Positions 18,657-28,617 of a stretch of 32,000 nucleotides of DNA are shown piece by piece. A program made the translations under genes and the position numbers. The notes beneath the pieces are model-generated. The model saw nothing but the letters and a program-made list of their open reading frames with translations, did not search any database and had not been told where the DNA came from. Each line of letters begins with the position of its first letter. The first letter of the stretch is position 1. The DNA comes from Candidatus Saccharimonadota bacterium (GTDB taxonomy: Bacteria; Patescibacteriota; Gracilibacteria; Absconditabacterales; Absconditicoccaceae), in contig CP006913.1 of NCBI GenBank assembly GCA_000503875.1, positions 390,001-422,000 on the forward strand, given 5' to 3'.

Positions 18657-19640
18657 TTATAATTCAGTTTTTGAAGGTATATTTTCTTCCAAATATTTTT
18701 CAATAATATGTGGAATATCCAATTCCATAATATCTATATTTTTCTTTAGATATTCCATTATTGGATGATTGTCTAATCCTTCAAAAGGAATAACGGTTAC
18801 TTTATCACTTTGAAAGAACATAATGGGTTGTGTCTCTTGTTCTTTAATTACAATTAGATCAAAGTTATTGTTTTTCTTCTGTATAGATACAGAAACACTA
18901 TCTTCCAATTGTACATAGCTAGGCGGCACACCCAATTCTTTGGAAATAGTAATAAATTTTTTTACTCCCGAAGTTTCATTTGCAAAGATATCAATACTGA
19001 CAGTAACATTATCTTTTGTAAAAGAATTAATAGTTCTTTTGTTCGGAAATAATAATTCAATTCTCTCTTTTTTTGTTAAACGGTTCTTTTTAAACACCTT
19101 TTTTTTATAGGAAGGACGATTAAGAACATATTTATCAAAAAAACTTTGATTCTGTGTTTTGAATAAACGATTATCATAAGGCACAGAACTAGCTAAATAA
19201 GCTTTGGAAGCTGTGTAATTTCCTTTAGATACTCGAATACCAAAGAATTCTTCGAACAATTCGTTTCCATCGAATATGTAAGCGGGTATTTGTTTTATAA
19301 TATATTCAAATACAGGAGTCCATAATGCGATGGTATCGGTTTTTAGAGTTTTTGCCACATGAACATGTAGCGTTTCTCCATTGCCGAATTTTTCATCTTT
19401 TTTTTGTTCGTTGAACTCCGATTTGAACTTCCTATTCTTAAAATAATAGGGGTAATCTTCTGTGATTGGATCCGTAATGATAATCTCATAAGGAAGTTCT
19501 TTTTCAAAATCATTTGGAGTATTATACCACTTCTTAGAAATTTGCACTTCTCCATGGTAATACAATCTCCACCACCATTCTTTTGCCGACAAGTTTTCTG
19601 TCGGTAATGGTTCTTTTTCTACCGACATTTTTGTTTTCAT
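18657..19640 (-). CDS. hypothetical protein (327 aa), with no Cys and no TGA
   Basis: Uninterrupted ATG (19638-19640) to TAA (18657-18659) ORF. Lys/Glu/Phe-rich, with WWW and YY clusters near the N-terminus. No domain recognised. Confidence 0.7.
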   Translation of the reverse strand: MKTKMSVEKEPLPTENLSAKEWWWRLYYHGEVQISKKWYNTPNDFEKELPYEIIITDPITEDYPYYFKNRKFKSEFNEQKKDEKFGNGETLHVHVAKTLKTDTIALWTPVFEYIIKQIPAYIFDGNELFEEFFGIRVSKGNYTASKAYLASSVPYDNRLFKTQNQSFFDKYVLNRPSYKKKVFKKNRLTKKERIELLFPNKRTINSFTKDNVTVSIDIFANETSGVKKFITISKELGVPPSYVQLEDSVSVSIQKKNNNFDLIVIKEQETQPIMFFQSDKVTVIPFEGLDNHPIMEYLKKNIDIMELDIPHIIEKYLEENIPSKTEL

Positions 19641-19698
19641 TTTTTTATTGTTTTTATTTAGTATTTACTTATATCTATTTACATAATAAAGTCAATAC

Positions 19699-19725
19699 AA
19701 AAAAAGACAACCACGTAGGTTGTCT
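19699..19725 (-). terminator. rho-independent terminator of gyrB
   Basis: agacaacc (19705-19712) pairs with ggttgtct (19718-19725). On the minus strand this is followed by 7 U (A-run 19699-19705). Confidence 0.75.
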
Positions 19726-19752
19726 TTAATATAAAATAATGTATTTAAATGA

Positions 19753-21684
19753 CTAAATATCTACGTCTTTTGCAGATTTTGCATGAGTGAGAATAAAATG
19801 TTTTCTTGATTGAACATCTTCTCCCATCAAAATTCTAAATAATCTATCTGCTTCTTCAGCATCTTCAACAGTAATTTGATTGAGTTTTCTATTGTTAGGA
19901 TCCATGGTTGTAGACCAAAGTTGTTCTGCGTTCATTTCTCCAAGTCCTTTATATCTTTGAATTTCAGTTTTCTCTGGGTTCATTCCAAAGTCTGCTGGTG
20001 TTTTATCTTCATCGTAAACATATACTTCTTTCTTTCCTTCATTAAATTTAAAGATAGGAGGACAAGCTGCATATACATGACCATTATCTACCAAAGGTCT
20101 CATAAATCTAAAGAAAAACGTCAAAAGAAGTGTTCTAATATGTGCTCCATCAACATCGGCATCAGTCATGATAATAATTTTTTCATATCTCAATCCTTCA
20201 AGATCAAAACTTTCTTTAATTCCTGCTCAGATAGCAGTAATAAGAGATTTTACTTCAGCATTACCCATAATTTTTTGGATACTAGCTTGTTCTGTATTGA
20301 GAATTTTACCTCTCAAAGGCAAAATAGCTTGGAAGCTACTATCACGACCTTGTTTTGCACTTCCTCAGGCAGAATCTCCCTCGACAATATACATTTCAGT
20401 ACCTTCTTTTCCTCTCTTAGAACAATCTGATAGTTTTCCTGGAAGTACTCATCAAGCAAGTACATTTTTTCTCAAAACGGTCTCTTTTGCTAGTTTTGCA
20501 GCCAATCTAGCTCTAGCAGCAAGCTCCATTTTTTCAAATATTTTATTGAATTCATCTTCGTTAGCAGTGAAAAAATCTTTGAGATAGGTATAGGTAATAA
20601 CTTCTACTTCTTTTCTTACATAACTATTTCCTAATCTTCCTTTAGTTTGTCATTCGAATTGTGGTTCAGGAATCTTTACCGAAACGATAGCATAAAGCCC
20701 ATCAGTAACGTCAGAATATTGAAATTCCCCAATTTTCTTATTTATTTTATCTTTCTCTTTAGATAATTCATTGATAACATTAAGTAATGCAGATCTAAAC
20801 CCAAGTACATGGGTTCCACCATCTGTTGTTGGAATGTTATTTACAAATGAAAGGGTATTGTCATTATTGGTATTAACCAATTGAAATGCTATTTCTGCAA
20901 GACAATTTTCTCCTTCTCTTTGAAAATAATGTGCAGATGCAATAGTTTGTTGTTCTCCAACAAGGTTTTTGAGCCAAGTTTTGATTCCTCATTCAAAATA
21001 GAATCTTTGTCTATATCCGTTTTTCTTATTTACGAAATTGAAAGTAACACCAGGTGTTAAATATGCTGATTGCTTCATTCTTGCAAGTTCTATACTTTGA
21101 GAAAATTCTATAGTTTCAAAAATAGTTGAATCTGGCATAAATTTAACAGTTGTTCCTATTTTATCACTTTCACCAATTTCTTGGATTTCTCAGATAGGAA
21201 TACCTCTTTCAAATCTTTGAAAATATTTTTTTCCATTTTTGTAAACAGTAACTTCTAATCGTTCAGAAAGCGCATTTACTACAGATGCTCCCACTCCATG
21301 AAGTCCTCATGAAATTTTATAACTAGATTTATCAAATTTACCTCCTGCATGAAGTACAGTAAAAACTGTTTCCAAAGCAGATTTTCATGTTTTCGGATGT
21401 TTATCTACAGGAATACCTCTTCCATTATCATGTATACAAACAGATCCATCTTCTTGAAGGGTAGTAGTGATAGTTGTACAATATCCAGCCAAAGCTTCAT
21501 CTACTGCATTATCTACGATTTCTTGAATCATATGGTGAAGTCCTCTAGCATCAGTAGATCCTATATACATACCAGGTCTTTGTCTAACAGGTTCTAATCA
21601 TTCCAAAACCTTAATATGCGAGGCATCATATCCATGGCTATCTAAGTCACTATGGGTAGCTTGTTTCATAACTTCTTCTGTCAT
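19753..21684 (-). CDS. gyrB: DNA gyrase subunit B (643 aa)
   Basis: ATG at 21682-21684, TAG stop at 19753-19755 (reverse complement of cta). All track fragments (19753..20193, 20650..20880, 21385..21570) share one frame once TGA is read as Gly. Hallmark motifs [47 protein letters not shown] (TGA 20365-20367), [20 protein letters not shown] and [10 protein letters not shown]. Confidence 0.95.
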
Positions 21685-21763
21685 GTTTTTGTGATAGGGA
21701 GTAAATATTCTATTAGCGTTAAATTACTATTCTAAACAAATTTAACACATAAAATAACATTAT

Positions 21764-23053
21764 TTAATCTTCAATTTTTCCTGGAAAATCAACTTCTTCA
21801 AATTCAAAATCATCATCATCACTATAATTCTTATCTTCTTCTTCTTCATATTCTTTTTCTACTTTTTTCCTTCATCTTTTTCCTTTATTTATTCACGATT
21901 CCATTTTAGCAATATCATCTTCAATTCCAAGTATTTTTTGTAATCCAGCATGTTCCTTGAGTTTTTGAATAACTTTTTGTTCAATTTGTCTTACTCTTTC
22001 TCTCGTTACATTAAATTCTTCTCAAACTTGTTCCAAAGTATATCTTGGTCCATCAATACCATATCTCATTTTTACAATTTTTGCTTCTCTATCATCAAGC
22101 ATATCCAAAATCATATCTAGATTTTTTCTCAAAGTATTCTTTTCTGCAAATTGATCAGGTCTCAACGTATTTCCATCTTCAATAAGATCAGCAAGCGTAT
22201 CTCTACCTTCATCACCAACTTCTCTATCAAGTGATACATTTCCAAAAATAACTTCTTCCAATTTTTTGATTTTTTTGATAGGAAATCATAGTTTTTGTCA
22301 AATTTCTTTGGAGGTTGGTTCTCTTCATAATTTTTGAAAAAGTAGTTGATATGTTTTGTTATACGAGTTAATTTCATCAATCAGATGGACAGGAATTCTT
22401 ACATGTTTGGTCATATCAGCTATAGCTTTGGTAATAGATTGTTTAATCCACCATGTTGCATAGGTTGAAAATTTAAATTCCTTATCTGGATCGAATTTTT
22501 CTATAGCTTTGATAAGTCAAATATTTCCTTCTTGAATAAGATCAGAAAAGCTAAGTCTAGAACCAAAAAATCTTTTGGCAATACTAATAACAAGTCTGAG
22601 ATTGGATTCGATAAGTTTTCTTTTCGCATCTTCATCACCTTTTTTTATTCTTTTTGCAATATCTTTTTCCTGTTCTGAAGTGAGAAGAGGAATTTTGGAA
22701 ATATCATTAAAATACAATTTTATAAAATCATGATATTGAACATCAGTATTTGTACGAGTATGTTCTTCATAAAGTTGTATTTTTCAAAGTCTTGATTCTT
22801 TTTTAACAGCTTGAGCCTCTCTTTCCAAAACTTCCTCAATAGTAAGAATTTTTATTCCAAGTTTATCTGCAATATCATAGACTTTTTCTACTGTTTTAAT
22901 ATTAAGATCCATATCGTCTATCTCTGCAATAATATCTTCTTCATTGAGGATACCAGTAGAGAAACCTTTGATTAAAAGGTTTTGTAGCTCAATAGAAAAT
23001 TCATTAATATCATCTTGAAAACTTTCTCGTAACTGTTTTTTCGATTTTTGCAT
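21764..23053 (-). CDS. rpoD: primary-type sigma-70 factor RpoD (429 aa from ATG 23053; TTG 23059 is an alternative start) with an unusual charged C-terminal extension
   Basis: Fragments 22784..23059, 22517..22717 and 22022..22261 share a frame. Region 2 ([16 protein letters not shown]...[18 protein letters not shown]...[17 protein letters not shown]), region 3 and region 4.2 ([20 protein letters not shown]) are all present. TAA at 21764-21766. Confidence 0.9.
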
Positions 23054-23121
23054 ACACAAAGCACAAAAGAATATAAAAAAACAAGTGGTATTTACTTAAT
23101 TATATAATAAATTGAAAATAA

Positions 23122-23149
23122 TTGACAAATTTATAGAAATAGTTATAAT
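23122..23149 (+). promoter_or_regulatory. near-consensus sigma-70 promoter (TTGACA, 16-nt spacer, TATAAT)
   Basis: ttgaca at 23122-23127 and tataat at 23144-23149. No CDS starts within 290 nt downstream. Confidence 0.55.
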
Positions 23150-23155
23150 ATGATT

Positions 23156-23250
23156 GTGTAGTGAAGCCAACCCATATATTTCGACTACGGTCGTATTATA
23201 CAAAGACTGAATTAATAAGCCACTTTTGGATTGTTAGTTCAGTTTTTTTA
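23156..23250 (+). ncRNA. candidate ~95-nt small RNA bounded by a consensus promoter and a strong intrinsic terminator
   Basis: Predicted TSS about 6-8 nt after the -10 box. Internal hairpin guagu...acuac (23159-23189). Terminator with a 13-bp stem, actgaattaataa (23206-23218) pairing with ttgttagttcagt (23231-23243), followed by ttttttt (23244-23250). No ORF. Confidence 0.45.
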
Positions 23251-23444
23251 AATACAAAAAAACACAGCGAATTACTTATAGTAATTTAGATGAGCATAGC
23301 AAGAGAAAGTTTATTTTACAAGGGCTTGTTTTTTTTGTGAAGAAAGTTATTTTTAACCGATAACTAATGGCTTATAATATTTTATAAAACTATTCGCTAT
23401 CGACTATTAGCTATAAGCTAAATTTTATAAAGTAAAATTTACAT

Positions 23445-23996
23445 ATGTTCCATTATTTTATAGGAGAAATAAAGCGTTATTGAAATAAAATATATATTCA
23501 AAATCAACAATTCTGAATAGAAACAAATTATCTGTGATCAAAATCCAAGGGAGAATTTTTTATACATCCATATCTTGATGACAATAAGAAGACTATAGTA
23601 TATTTTGCTTTCGATACAGTAATACAAAAATGATTGTTTGAAGATATGTTAAAAGTTAATTGAGTTGGTCCAAAAACAGCATTTCAAATTGTTCAACTTC
23701 CAAAAGAACAACTTCATAATGCAATTAAGACACTAGATGTTAAATTTTTTCAATCTATACCAGGTATTGGACCAAAATCAGCAAAAAAGATTGTTTTGGA
23801 ATTAAAGGGAAACTTCGATATCGAAGAGGTACAAGCTATGGATATTGATCAGAAATTATACAAAGATATTATAAAATCACTCAAATGATTTGGATATGAT
23901 AGTGACAAAATAAAAACAACATTACAAGCTTATCCAGAAAAAATCACCAAAAATAATATGGCAGAAGTGATTAAACGAATTATTGGACAAATATAA
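23445..23996 (+). CDS. ruvA: Holliday junction DNA helicase subunit RuvA (183 aa)
   Basis: ATG 23445 to TAA 23994-23996 with 6 TGA. LFEDMLKVN-G-VGPKTAFQIV and IPGIGPKSAKKIVLELKG match the two helix-hairpin-helix motifs of RuvA. Confidence 0.85.
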
Positions 23997-24012
23997 TAAA
24001 TTTTTTTATAAC

Positions 24013-24051
24013 AAAAACCACGCCAAAGAATTACCTAGCGTGGTTTTTTTT
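24013..24051. terminator. bidirectional terminator between ruvA and the 143-aa gene
   Basis: ccacgc (24018-24023) pairs with gcgtgg (24038-24043), flanked by an A-run and a T-run. Confidence 0.7.
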
Positions 24052-24054
24052 ATA

Positions 24055-24486
24055 TCACCATCCAAAATGTGGTGGTTTGTAGTAATTTACTGTTCCTTTC
24101 AAAGATGTTGAAGTCTCTTCATACTCGCCTTCAAATGTTAATATAGAACAGTTATTGCAGTTAGCAATGCCTTCAATTCTGCATAAGCCCTTTTTAAAGA
24201 ATTTTTCGTATTTTGGTTTTAATTCTTTTCCAAAAGCTTTTTTGGGTAATAAGAAAACAAAATATGTTTGTTTTCTGTCTTTTAATCCTTGTACATGACA
24301 GGGTATCTTGATTTCCAAATTGTTTTGAGATCTTTTTACGGAAATCATTTCAAACCCTTCTTCTTTTTTTTGGATTTTCTTGAGTGTTTCCGTATCGTCA
24401 AAGAAATATTCTTTTAGACAAATGGGAAACGTAATTAGTACTTTTTTATTCATTCTTTTTTGTTTTAAAGTTAGTCCTTTTGGCAT
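24055..24486 (-). CDS. hypothetical protein (143 aa as a standard-code ORF). The ORF ends on TGA 24055-24057. Under code 25 it would run on 8 codons to TAA 24031-24033, inside the terminator hairpin.
   Basis: ATG at 24484-24486, no internal TGA, 9 Gly. Overlaps the upstream gene by 16 nt. Several Cys (FPIC, IPCH, GLCR, NCNNC). Confidence 0.6.
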   Translation of the reverse strand: MPKGLTLKQKRMNKKVLITFPICLKEYFFDDTETLKKIQKKEEGFEMISVKRSQNNLEIKIPCHVQGLKDRKQTYFVFLLPKKAFGKELKPKYEKFFKKGLCRIEGIANCNNCSILTFEGEYEETSTSLKGTVNYYKPPHFGW

Positions 24487-24836
24487 TTTCTAGTCCTAAA
24501 AGGACTTGCTTTCATTGCTTCTTTTGAGATAGATTCGCCTGTTTCATGGCAAATACCATAAGTTTCATTTTCAATGCGTAATAAAGCATTTTTACAATCC
24601 TTAAGTGTTTTTTCAGCTATATTAACAACATCCTGACGAACAGGTACTATTGTCGCTGCCATACTGGCTTTTTGGCTTCTATCATCATCGCCCACCAATT
24701 CTTCTGAACTGATATTAGATGAATGATCTTTGATAGTTAGTTCTGCATTTTCTCTTCTCTTGAGAATAATTTTTTTGTGTTCCTCGAGTTCTTCAGGAGT
24801 ATAAATATCTGAAGTTTTTAGTGCTGTTTTGTTCAT
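24471..24836 (-). CDS. DksA/TraR-family regulator-like protein (121 aa) with a degenerate zinc finger
   Basis: The C-terminus NALLRIENETYGICHETGESISKEAMKASPFRTRKC resembles the ALxRIxxGTYGxCxxxGxxIxxxRLxAxP C-terminus of DksA/TraR proteins, in the reduced-Cys form I recall from Bacteroidetes. ATG at 24834-24836, TAA stop, no TGA. Confidence 0.6.
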   Translation of the reverse strand: MNKTALKTSDIYTPEELEEHKKIILKRRENAELTIKDHSSNISSEELVGDDDRSQKASMAATIVPVRQDVVNIAEKTLKDCKNALLRIENETYGICHETGESISKEAMKASPFRTRKCQKD

Positions 24837-24971
24837 TTTTTTAGTTTTTTTTAGGGTTCAACAAAAATTAACTTTCTCATCTTATATAAAAAGAAATAAA
24901 AATCAATAATAATATTGCTATTTTTGTCCATATATGTATAAAATATAAAATAAACATTAAAAAAACAAAAT

Positions 24972-25373
24972 ATGAAAACACTTGATGATATTTTTGACTA
25001 TGCGAAATACAATCTTCAAAAAGATGTTCCTGTTGATGAATTACAAAATATATTAGAGATAATAGTAACATCAATAAGAGGAATAATTCATGAACACTAT
25101 TCTTGTGAAGAAGTATTTAAATTGGCAATATTGGCTCATATTTTAAAAAGAAAGACAAAAGCATTTATTGCCAAACAAGAAATCGATTCTAAACAAGAAA
25201 TCGATAGAGCTACGAATACGTTAGAAAAAATTGATACTTTAATTGACGCTATAGAATCTTCTTCTGTAATTTCAGAAGGGAAATATGAGAATCAACCATT
25301 ATCTTCTCTTTTGTTGGAAATGAATACTATGAAAGAGAAAACGTTGGTTTTTCATCTTAGAACTACCTTTTAA
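24972..25373 (+). CDS. hypothetical protein (133 aa)
   Basis: ATG-to-TAA ORF with no TGA, followed by a strong terminator. Confidence 0.55.
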   Translation: MKTLDDIFDYAKYNLQKDVPVDELQNILEIIVTSIRGIIHEHYSCEEVFKLAILAHILKRKTKAFIAKQEIDSKQEIDRATNTLEKIDTLIDAIESSSVISEGKYENQPLSSLLLEMNTMKEKTLVFHLRTTF

Positions 25374-25378
25374 CTATA

Positions 25379-25410
25379 AGTCTCTGAATCTATTTCAGGG
25401 ACTTTTTTTT
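25379..25410 (+). terminator. rho-independent terminator
   Basis: agtctctgaa (25379-25388) pairs with ttcagggact (25394-25403) in a 10-bp stem, followed by 8 T. Confidence 0.8.
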
Positions 25411-25465
25411 AATTGATTTTATAATCAATATTCCTATAAGGAAAAGACAAAAAAAACCAAAAAAA

Positions 25466-25966
25466 ATGAAAAACTACGAAAACCAGCCTGAATTGTTTGA
25501 ATTCAAAGAAATTAGACGCAAAGTTACTCCATTAAAGGGAGACGCGTTCAAAAAAAGAGTCTTGGAATTAACAACACCTGAAGAGCTTTTAACCTTCCTT
25601 CAATCGAGAAATTTCACAAGAAGAGAGTTTTATTTCTTTTTGGAAAGAACTCTGTTTGTGTATAACCAAATGAGAAAAGCTTTTTTCACAGACAAATTGT
25701 TGTGGGTTACTTCAAGGTTATTAAATGGACTTCTTGTGGTTGCAGTAACTTTTGACCGGAAAAATTCCGCTCGTCAACACTTAAAAAGAACCAAAGATGC
25801 AATCAAAAAGTATGTATTGGTTTTGAACTCGCTTACCGAATTTCGTGCAAATGAAGTTTGGGATGATGAGCATTTGTATAAAATGCTCTGCATCTCTATG
25901 GATCACGAAAAACTTAATGGGCCTATTATGAAAAAACTCGATCGAGTACTTTTTCTGGCCGCATGA
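25466..25966 (+). CDS. hypothetical protein (166 aa). The ORF ends on TGA 25964-25966. Under code 25 it gains Gly-Ser and stops at TAG 25970-25972.
   Basis: ATG 25466, no internal TGA. A GC-rich terminator begins immediately after. Confidence 0.55.
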   Translation: MKNYENQPELFEFKEIRRKVTPLKGDAFKKRVLELTTPEELLTFLQSRNFTRREFYFFLERTLFVYNQMRKAFFTDKLLWVTSRLLNGLLVVAVTFDRKNSARQHLKRTKDAIKKYVLVLNSLTEFRANEVWDDEHLYKMLCISMDHEKLNGPIMKKLDRVLFLAA

Positions 25967-25970
25967 TCTT

Positions 25971-25997
25971 AGCCCCGCGTTTATCGCGGGGCTTTTG
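25971..25997 (+). terminator. rho-independent terminator (GC-rich stem)
   Basis: agccccgcg (25971-25979) pairs with cgcggggct (25985-25993), followed by tttt. Confidence 0.8.
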
Positions 25998-26280
25998 TAT
26001 TATCTTGCTTTTTCTTAGCAAAATCGTAAATAAAAAGAATATGATTAAATAGATTTTTAATACTTCTTTTTGTAATTTGAACAATAAAAAGAACAAATAA
26101 AAGAAGGAAATCATCACCAAACCAACATTATTCGTAGCCAAAAAGCAGCGATATAATCTAGCTAGACTATAATCCTAAATAGAAATACTGCCTTGATGAT
26201 GGATGAATTTTATTTGTTTTTTATTGTGAAATAATTTAATGACGTTTAATTAACGATTTTATAAACTTTATGACTAATAT

Positions 26281-28266
26281 ATGAACATCCGTAACTTCTG
26301 TATTATTGCTCACATTGATCATGGAAAATCTACTTTAGCAGACAGAATGCTAGAAATCACATGAACACTTAGAAAACTTGAACATAACCAGGTTCTTGAC
26401 CGTATGGATATCGAACAAGAAAGAGGAATTACTATCAAACTTACTCCTGCGAGAATGCAGTGGAAGTGATATGAATTTAATCTTATAGATACTCCAGGAC
26501 ATGTAGATTTTCAATATGAAGTATCTCGTTCTCTCGCAGCAGTAGAAGGAGCAATTTTGCTCGTAGATGCTTCACAAGGAGTCCAAGCACAAACATTGTC
26601 CGTATTATATCAAGCAATAGATCAAAATCTTGTGATTATACCTGTTCTCAATAAAATCGATCTTCCTGCAGCCAATCCAGAAAGAGTAGCCAAAGAGTTG
26701 GAAAATTTAATCTGAATTGATGCCTGAGAAATTATTAAAGTATCAGGGAAAACTGGAGAAAATGTAGATAAAGTATTAGATGCTGTGATTGAAAGAATTC
26801 AAGATCCCCAAAGTTTCAAGCTTTCTCATCCCAAAAAATATCGAACAACTGGAAATGAAATCCAAGAAAGTTCTCCAAATCTTACAAGAGCATTGATTTT
26901 TGATTCGGTTTATGATCCTTATAAATGAGTTCTTGCCTATGTAAAAATTATCAATGGAGAAATGAAAGCGGGGAGTACCTTACATCTTGTTCATTCAGAA
27001 AATATCATTACACCAACAGAAGTTGGTTATTTTACGCCAGAATATAAAGCAGATAAATCATTGAAAGATGGTCAGATTTGATATATTGTGACAGGAGAAA
27101 AATCAGTAAGAGAAGTGCAAATTGGAGATACGATTCTTACACATGATACGTTAAAAGCAGGAATAACCAAAAATTCGTGTATTATTCCCGGATTTAAAAA
27201 AGTAAAACCATTTGTTTATGCTGGAGTTTATCCCATAGATTCCACAGATTATGATAAGCTCAAAGATTCACTCGAAAAACTCTCACTCAATGATAGCGCT
27301 ATCGAATACGAATTAGAAGATTCAAAAGCATTGGGATTTGGATTTAGATGTGGATTTCTTGGTATGCTTCATATGGATATTATCAAAGAAAGACTTTCTA
27401 GAGAATATGGAATGGAAACAATATTTACTATTCCAACCGTGGTATATTTAGTCAGATCAAAAAATTTAGCTTTGGATGTTATTAAATTGGGAAATAATGT
27501 TCAGAGTCTTATCCAAACAGGACTTTGGAAGCAACTTGTAAAAGATAAAGAAAAATATGATGAAGATTTATTTGTAAATGGAATTCCTTCAGAACTTCAA
27601 GCAGAACTCAAACCTTGGATGGTGGTAAAATCAGGTGCTGATATGGTAGAACAAGGACTTATCGAAGAAATTCGAGAACCTATAGCCAATGTTGAAATTG
27701 TTGGACCCCAGGAATTTGCAGGAAATATTATGCAACTTTGCCAGGAATATAGAGGGAAACTCAAACATATGGATTATATTGATTCGACTAGAGTAGTGCG
27801 ACATTATCAACTCCCTATGGGAGAAATGATTATTGATTTTTACGATAGACTCAAATCAGCAACCAAGGGATATGCTACTATGAACTATGAATTCCAAAAT
27901 TATCAGGAAGCAGATTTAGTCAAATTAGATATTTTTATCAATAATGAAAAAGTGGAGGCATTGAGTTGGGTAGTTCACAATGATAGTGCTTATTATAAAG
28001 GAAGAGATGCGGTAGAAAGGCTCAAAGAATTGATACCTAAACATTTATTCTCTATTCCTATTCAAGCTGGTATTTGAACAAAAATGATCGCTCGTGAGAC
28101 TATTTCTGCGATGAAAAAAGATGTGTTGGCAAAATGTTATGGAGGAGATGTCTCTAGAAAAAGAAAACTTCTCGAAAAGCAAAAAGAAGGAAAGAAAAAA
28201 CTGAAAGCCATAGGTAATGTGAGTGTTCCAAGTGATGTATTTATTAAAATGGTAGCGAGAGGGTAA
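26281..28266 (+). CDS. lepA: translation elongation factor 4 (LepA), 661 aa
   Basis: ATG 26281 to TAA 28264-28266 with about 7 in-frame [64 protein letters not shown] and the LepA-specific C-terminus [28 protein letters not shown]. Confidence 0.95.
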
Positions 28267-28327
28267 AAGGCATTGATAGTAAGAGAAAAATATATATAAT
28301 AGCCCCACAACCCTAAAATATTTTTTT

Positions 28328-28564
28328 ATGAAAGAAAAACTAAAAAACATTGGTCAATCTATAGGTGATTGGCTAGCTGACGAAGGATATAGTCCTTCAA
28401 AGCAAGAAGAAATTATTCACCTCGTTAAAAGGAATGAAGGTCGCTGTATTGAACTTACAGAATTAATGACCGAAGAATTGAAACAAATGATCGAAGAAAC
28501 ATTGGATAGTGTAGAATCAGAAGAGTATACAATACTCGACTTGATTGAGGGTGAAAACAATTAA
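28328..28564 (+). CDS. small acidic hypothetical protein (78 aa)
   Basis: ATG-to-TAA ORF with no TGA, followed by a hairpin. Confidence 0.5.
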   Translation: MKEKLKNIGQSIGDWLADEGYSPSKQEEIIHLVKRNEGRCIELTELMTEELKQMIEETLDSVESEEYTILDLIEGENN

Positions 28565-28567
28565 AAA

Positions 28568-28593
28568 AGGGGACCAGTTTCTGGTCCTCTTTG
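28568..28593 (+). terminator. probable terminator hairpin
   Basis: aggggaccag (28568-28577) pairs with ctggtcctct (28581-28590) across a 3-nt loop. The T-run is weak. Confidence 0.5.
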
Positions 28594-28617
28594 ACTTTAT
28601 TACATATATATCATAAT

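Noticed and set aside
25926-26141. Minus-strand 71-aa ORF downstream of the islet.
   Set aside because: It overlaps the 3' end and the terminator of the 25466 gene, is low-complexity (Phe/Leu/Ile/Lys) and has no start context, so it is probably spurious in AT-rich sequence.
19753-28266. Housekeeping genes (gyrB, rpoD, ruvA, lepA, also nusA, gltX and rsuA) look like multiply disrupted pseudogenes in the standard-code ORF track.
   Set aside because: All fragments of each gene share one frame and only TGA interrupts them, never TAA/TAG. The TGAs align with conserved Gly residues, so this is recoding, not decay.
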